A stretch of 64,000 nucleotides of DNA from Yuukianura sp. NJ FZ-2021 (lineage: Eukaryota): NCBI GenBank assembly GCA_046563655.1, contig CM102286.1, positions 12,524,001-12,588,000 of the forward strand, in the 5' to 3' direction. The notes under the pieces are model-generated. The model worked only from the letters and a program-made list of their open reading frames with translations. It searched no databases and was not told the origin of the DNA. Below are positions 61,601 to 64,000 of this stretch, piece after piece (within the stretch, counting starts at the first letter, position 1; each line of letters starts with the position of its first letter). The translations under genes and the position numbers were made by a program.

Positions 61601-64000
61601 ATTCAGGAGGCAGGAAAAGTACTCTTTTGGAAAGCCTATCATCATTTACTGCCTCCAACACCATCATCATCAGCATACACGACTGAATAGGTAGAGAGAC
61701 AGACAGAAAAAGGACTCAACGGAGAGATATTGTACGAGAAGCGAAGGCGGATGTCACTTCAAATTCAATACGTATCGTATGACTGATTTCCTTTTCTCCG
61801 AATTCCCAGCTACTACGGTAGTTCTCTCAAGTATACCAAAGTACAGAGTCACTTGAGCATGAATTTACAATTGGAAAGTTAGGAAAAGCAGGACTGTGGG
61901 CTCTCGTCTCACTTGGAAACAAAACATTCCTACTTTATCAAATTACATGGTCTGGGACGCAGGTTCCATTTGAATAGGCATGTGTGCTTTCCCTTTGAAC
62001 AAAAAAATACACTCATGACTTTCACCACTCATGACTTTCATGACGGTGCCGTAAATCATGCAGTTTTTGCTTCCATTATGCTTAGACCCACTTTTCCGCA
62101 ATTTCAAAAAATTTCACAAAAATTCGCAAAAGCCTACTCTGTCAGTCGAAGGCCAAAACGAACGTCCAAAAAGTCCTGCGAAATGGCGCATGCGCCAGTG
62201 ATAAGTCAGGCCGCTGAACTAATTAATGCACAGGGGAAGAGAAAGTACAACTTCAAAATAATTATTGTTCATGTTCTAGTGGCATTTTCGAAATGTTCTG
62301 ATTTTAGATTTCCTTTAGTCAGCTTTTGCTTTGTCGTACGACTGTTTTTTGAATCAAAGCCAGAGAAAATAGTTTAGTGTAGATTTAATTTAAAAATAAC
62401 TGTAGGATTAGTGTACGTACTAAGGTAATCTTAACTTTACATGCTCCCTGATTAATGAACAAGGAAAGTCAAACTCAGAAATTTAGACATTAAAGTCCTC
62501 TGAGCACGAAAACTTATACTTAATTTGGAGTTCAGTTTATTTAATAAGGTCCGATTGCAACCAGCGGAAGTCTCGAGATTATTCAAACTTTCCCTTGTAA
62601 TAGGACAATCAACCCCCAGAACCAAGAGAAAGTCGCATGTCTATCTTTTACCTCACCCAGAAAATATAGAATAAGTCCGTTCATGTTTATTTAAGAAAAA
62701 TGCGGTTTTATCAAAACCAAAACGTATGTAAACTTCCAAAGTTTGTCATCGAGTATTATTCAAGTAAATAATACGGCACGCCATTTTCTGTTTTTGGCAA
62801 ACTAAAAAAATACTTGCATGCACTTTCTCATCGTCTGGAAATAATTTTCCCCTCATACTTCAATAACTAAATCCAGTTTTGCCCTTTTTTTGGTTCAATT
62901 CACATGAAACCTCAAGACTTTTTACGTACTAAACCCTAGGATTTGTAATCAAGAGATTTCATGTTAATTCCTATGCGTGCTTGTTCAAAATTTCTACTAC
63001 AGTTCTGCCTCACTGCATTTTGCCAGGAATTACTGCTTTTCATTCCAAAAAAGAGAGATTTAGCACGAAAGATTGAAGAAGAGCCCGTTTCGAGAGTACT
63101 CGAGCCATGTAGCTCAAAACTTCCATCCTACTTAATATTTAGGTTGAGCTCCAAAGGTTAATTCTACATTCGTTAACATTCAATTTGTTCCTGAACCTTA
63201 CGGGGCTTGATTTCGGTACATTAATTTCTTCAATATCGAACTCTATAGCAAAGCGAGGCACCAAAAACACCCTCCATGGAAGTCTCTCACAATTACAATC
63301 ACGGGAAGCTCTAAAGTGCGAGTCAGGAGGCGTGAAATGTTAATTTCGTGTCTCTTAATTGCGTTTTATGAATCAGGAAAAGTGAAAGTCTCCCAGAATA
63401 AAATAAGGTGATGAATCAAATTATCGACGCGACACTAAAAACAGGCTTTCTCCCGCTTCGCTCAAACTAAAAGCAGGAAACTTTAAGGCCTTCAGAAGCA
63501 GAATTATAAAGTGAAGTTTAAATATAATTTTAGAGGAAAGGATTATTGACATTTGGCTTGGATTTAATTTAAATTCACTTAGAAATCATTCCAAAGTTTA
63601 GTAAAGAGATTGCCATCTTCCCAGCAACAGACACTGAGAGTTCAGATTCAACCGGCATCAAAACTGCTTTCCTTGCGTGAATCTGAACTCGGAATTGCAG
63701 AAAGAGCGAGAGCAGAGTTCCTATTAGGCTCCTAATCAGATTAGAGATCTCGCAGTTAATCATATTAGACAGGTAGGAGGATCTCTTCTACTTAATAAAT
63801 GAACAGATCCTGTACCTCTCCCTCTGCCATTTATTACTTCCTTCCTTTTTTCACCGAGGAAACAAGAACGGCAAGCCGTGGTCGTTCGGAGGCGTGCCTA
63901 AACCACGTTTAGCAGTACCTAAACGTAGCTAACCTTTTACGTTAGGAAGGAAAGACTAAACCACGAAGACCACACAGAACTTAACCAAAACCTCATGCTC

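Noticed and set aside
55660..64000. ORFs such as 56970-57293, 58798-59160 and 61913-62377 as Sema-2A 5' exons or separate genes
   Set aside because: None encodes the expected signal peptide or Sema N-terminal strand (LYVGA-like); their composition fits chance ORFs in AT-rich intron.

Overview
AT-rich eukaryotic genomic DNA with short (mostly about 60-100 bp) GT-AG introns. A class-2 semaphorin points to a protostome, probably an arthropod with a compact genome; the species cannot be determined from the sequence. The ORF track captures only exon fragments, so gene models were spliced by hand. Genes in order: 3' part of a SENP6/7-type SUMO protease (+); TMEM242 (-); a 14-kb CLCA-like gene (-) whose HExxH zinc motif is degenerate and which has a long cytoplasmic tail; a roughly 15-kb region with no recognisable gene; a 91-aa six-cysteine secreted orphan (-); a 214-aa orphan with a possible death-fold C-terminus (-); a UIF/FYTTD1-like mRNA-export adaptor (-); a nested pair of TA-flanked TIR elements carrying a 19-bp minisatellite; MRPS36/KGD4 (+); a GH20 beta-hexosaminidase (-); CFAP161 (-) with a canonical RFX X-box; CCDC50-like (-); a compound tandem repeat; and the 3' portion of semaphorin-2A (-), whose 5' exons lie beyond the window. 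No rRNA, tRNA, CRISPR array or autonomous transposase ORF was seen, and I cannot demonstrate a wholly new biological system. The best leads are the pseudo-protease receptor-like CLCA, the nested MITE/minisatellite, a candidate 24-nt Sema-2A microexon, two orphan proteins and a strongly clustered TAAGGGCY motif.
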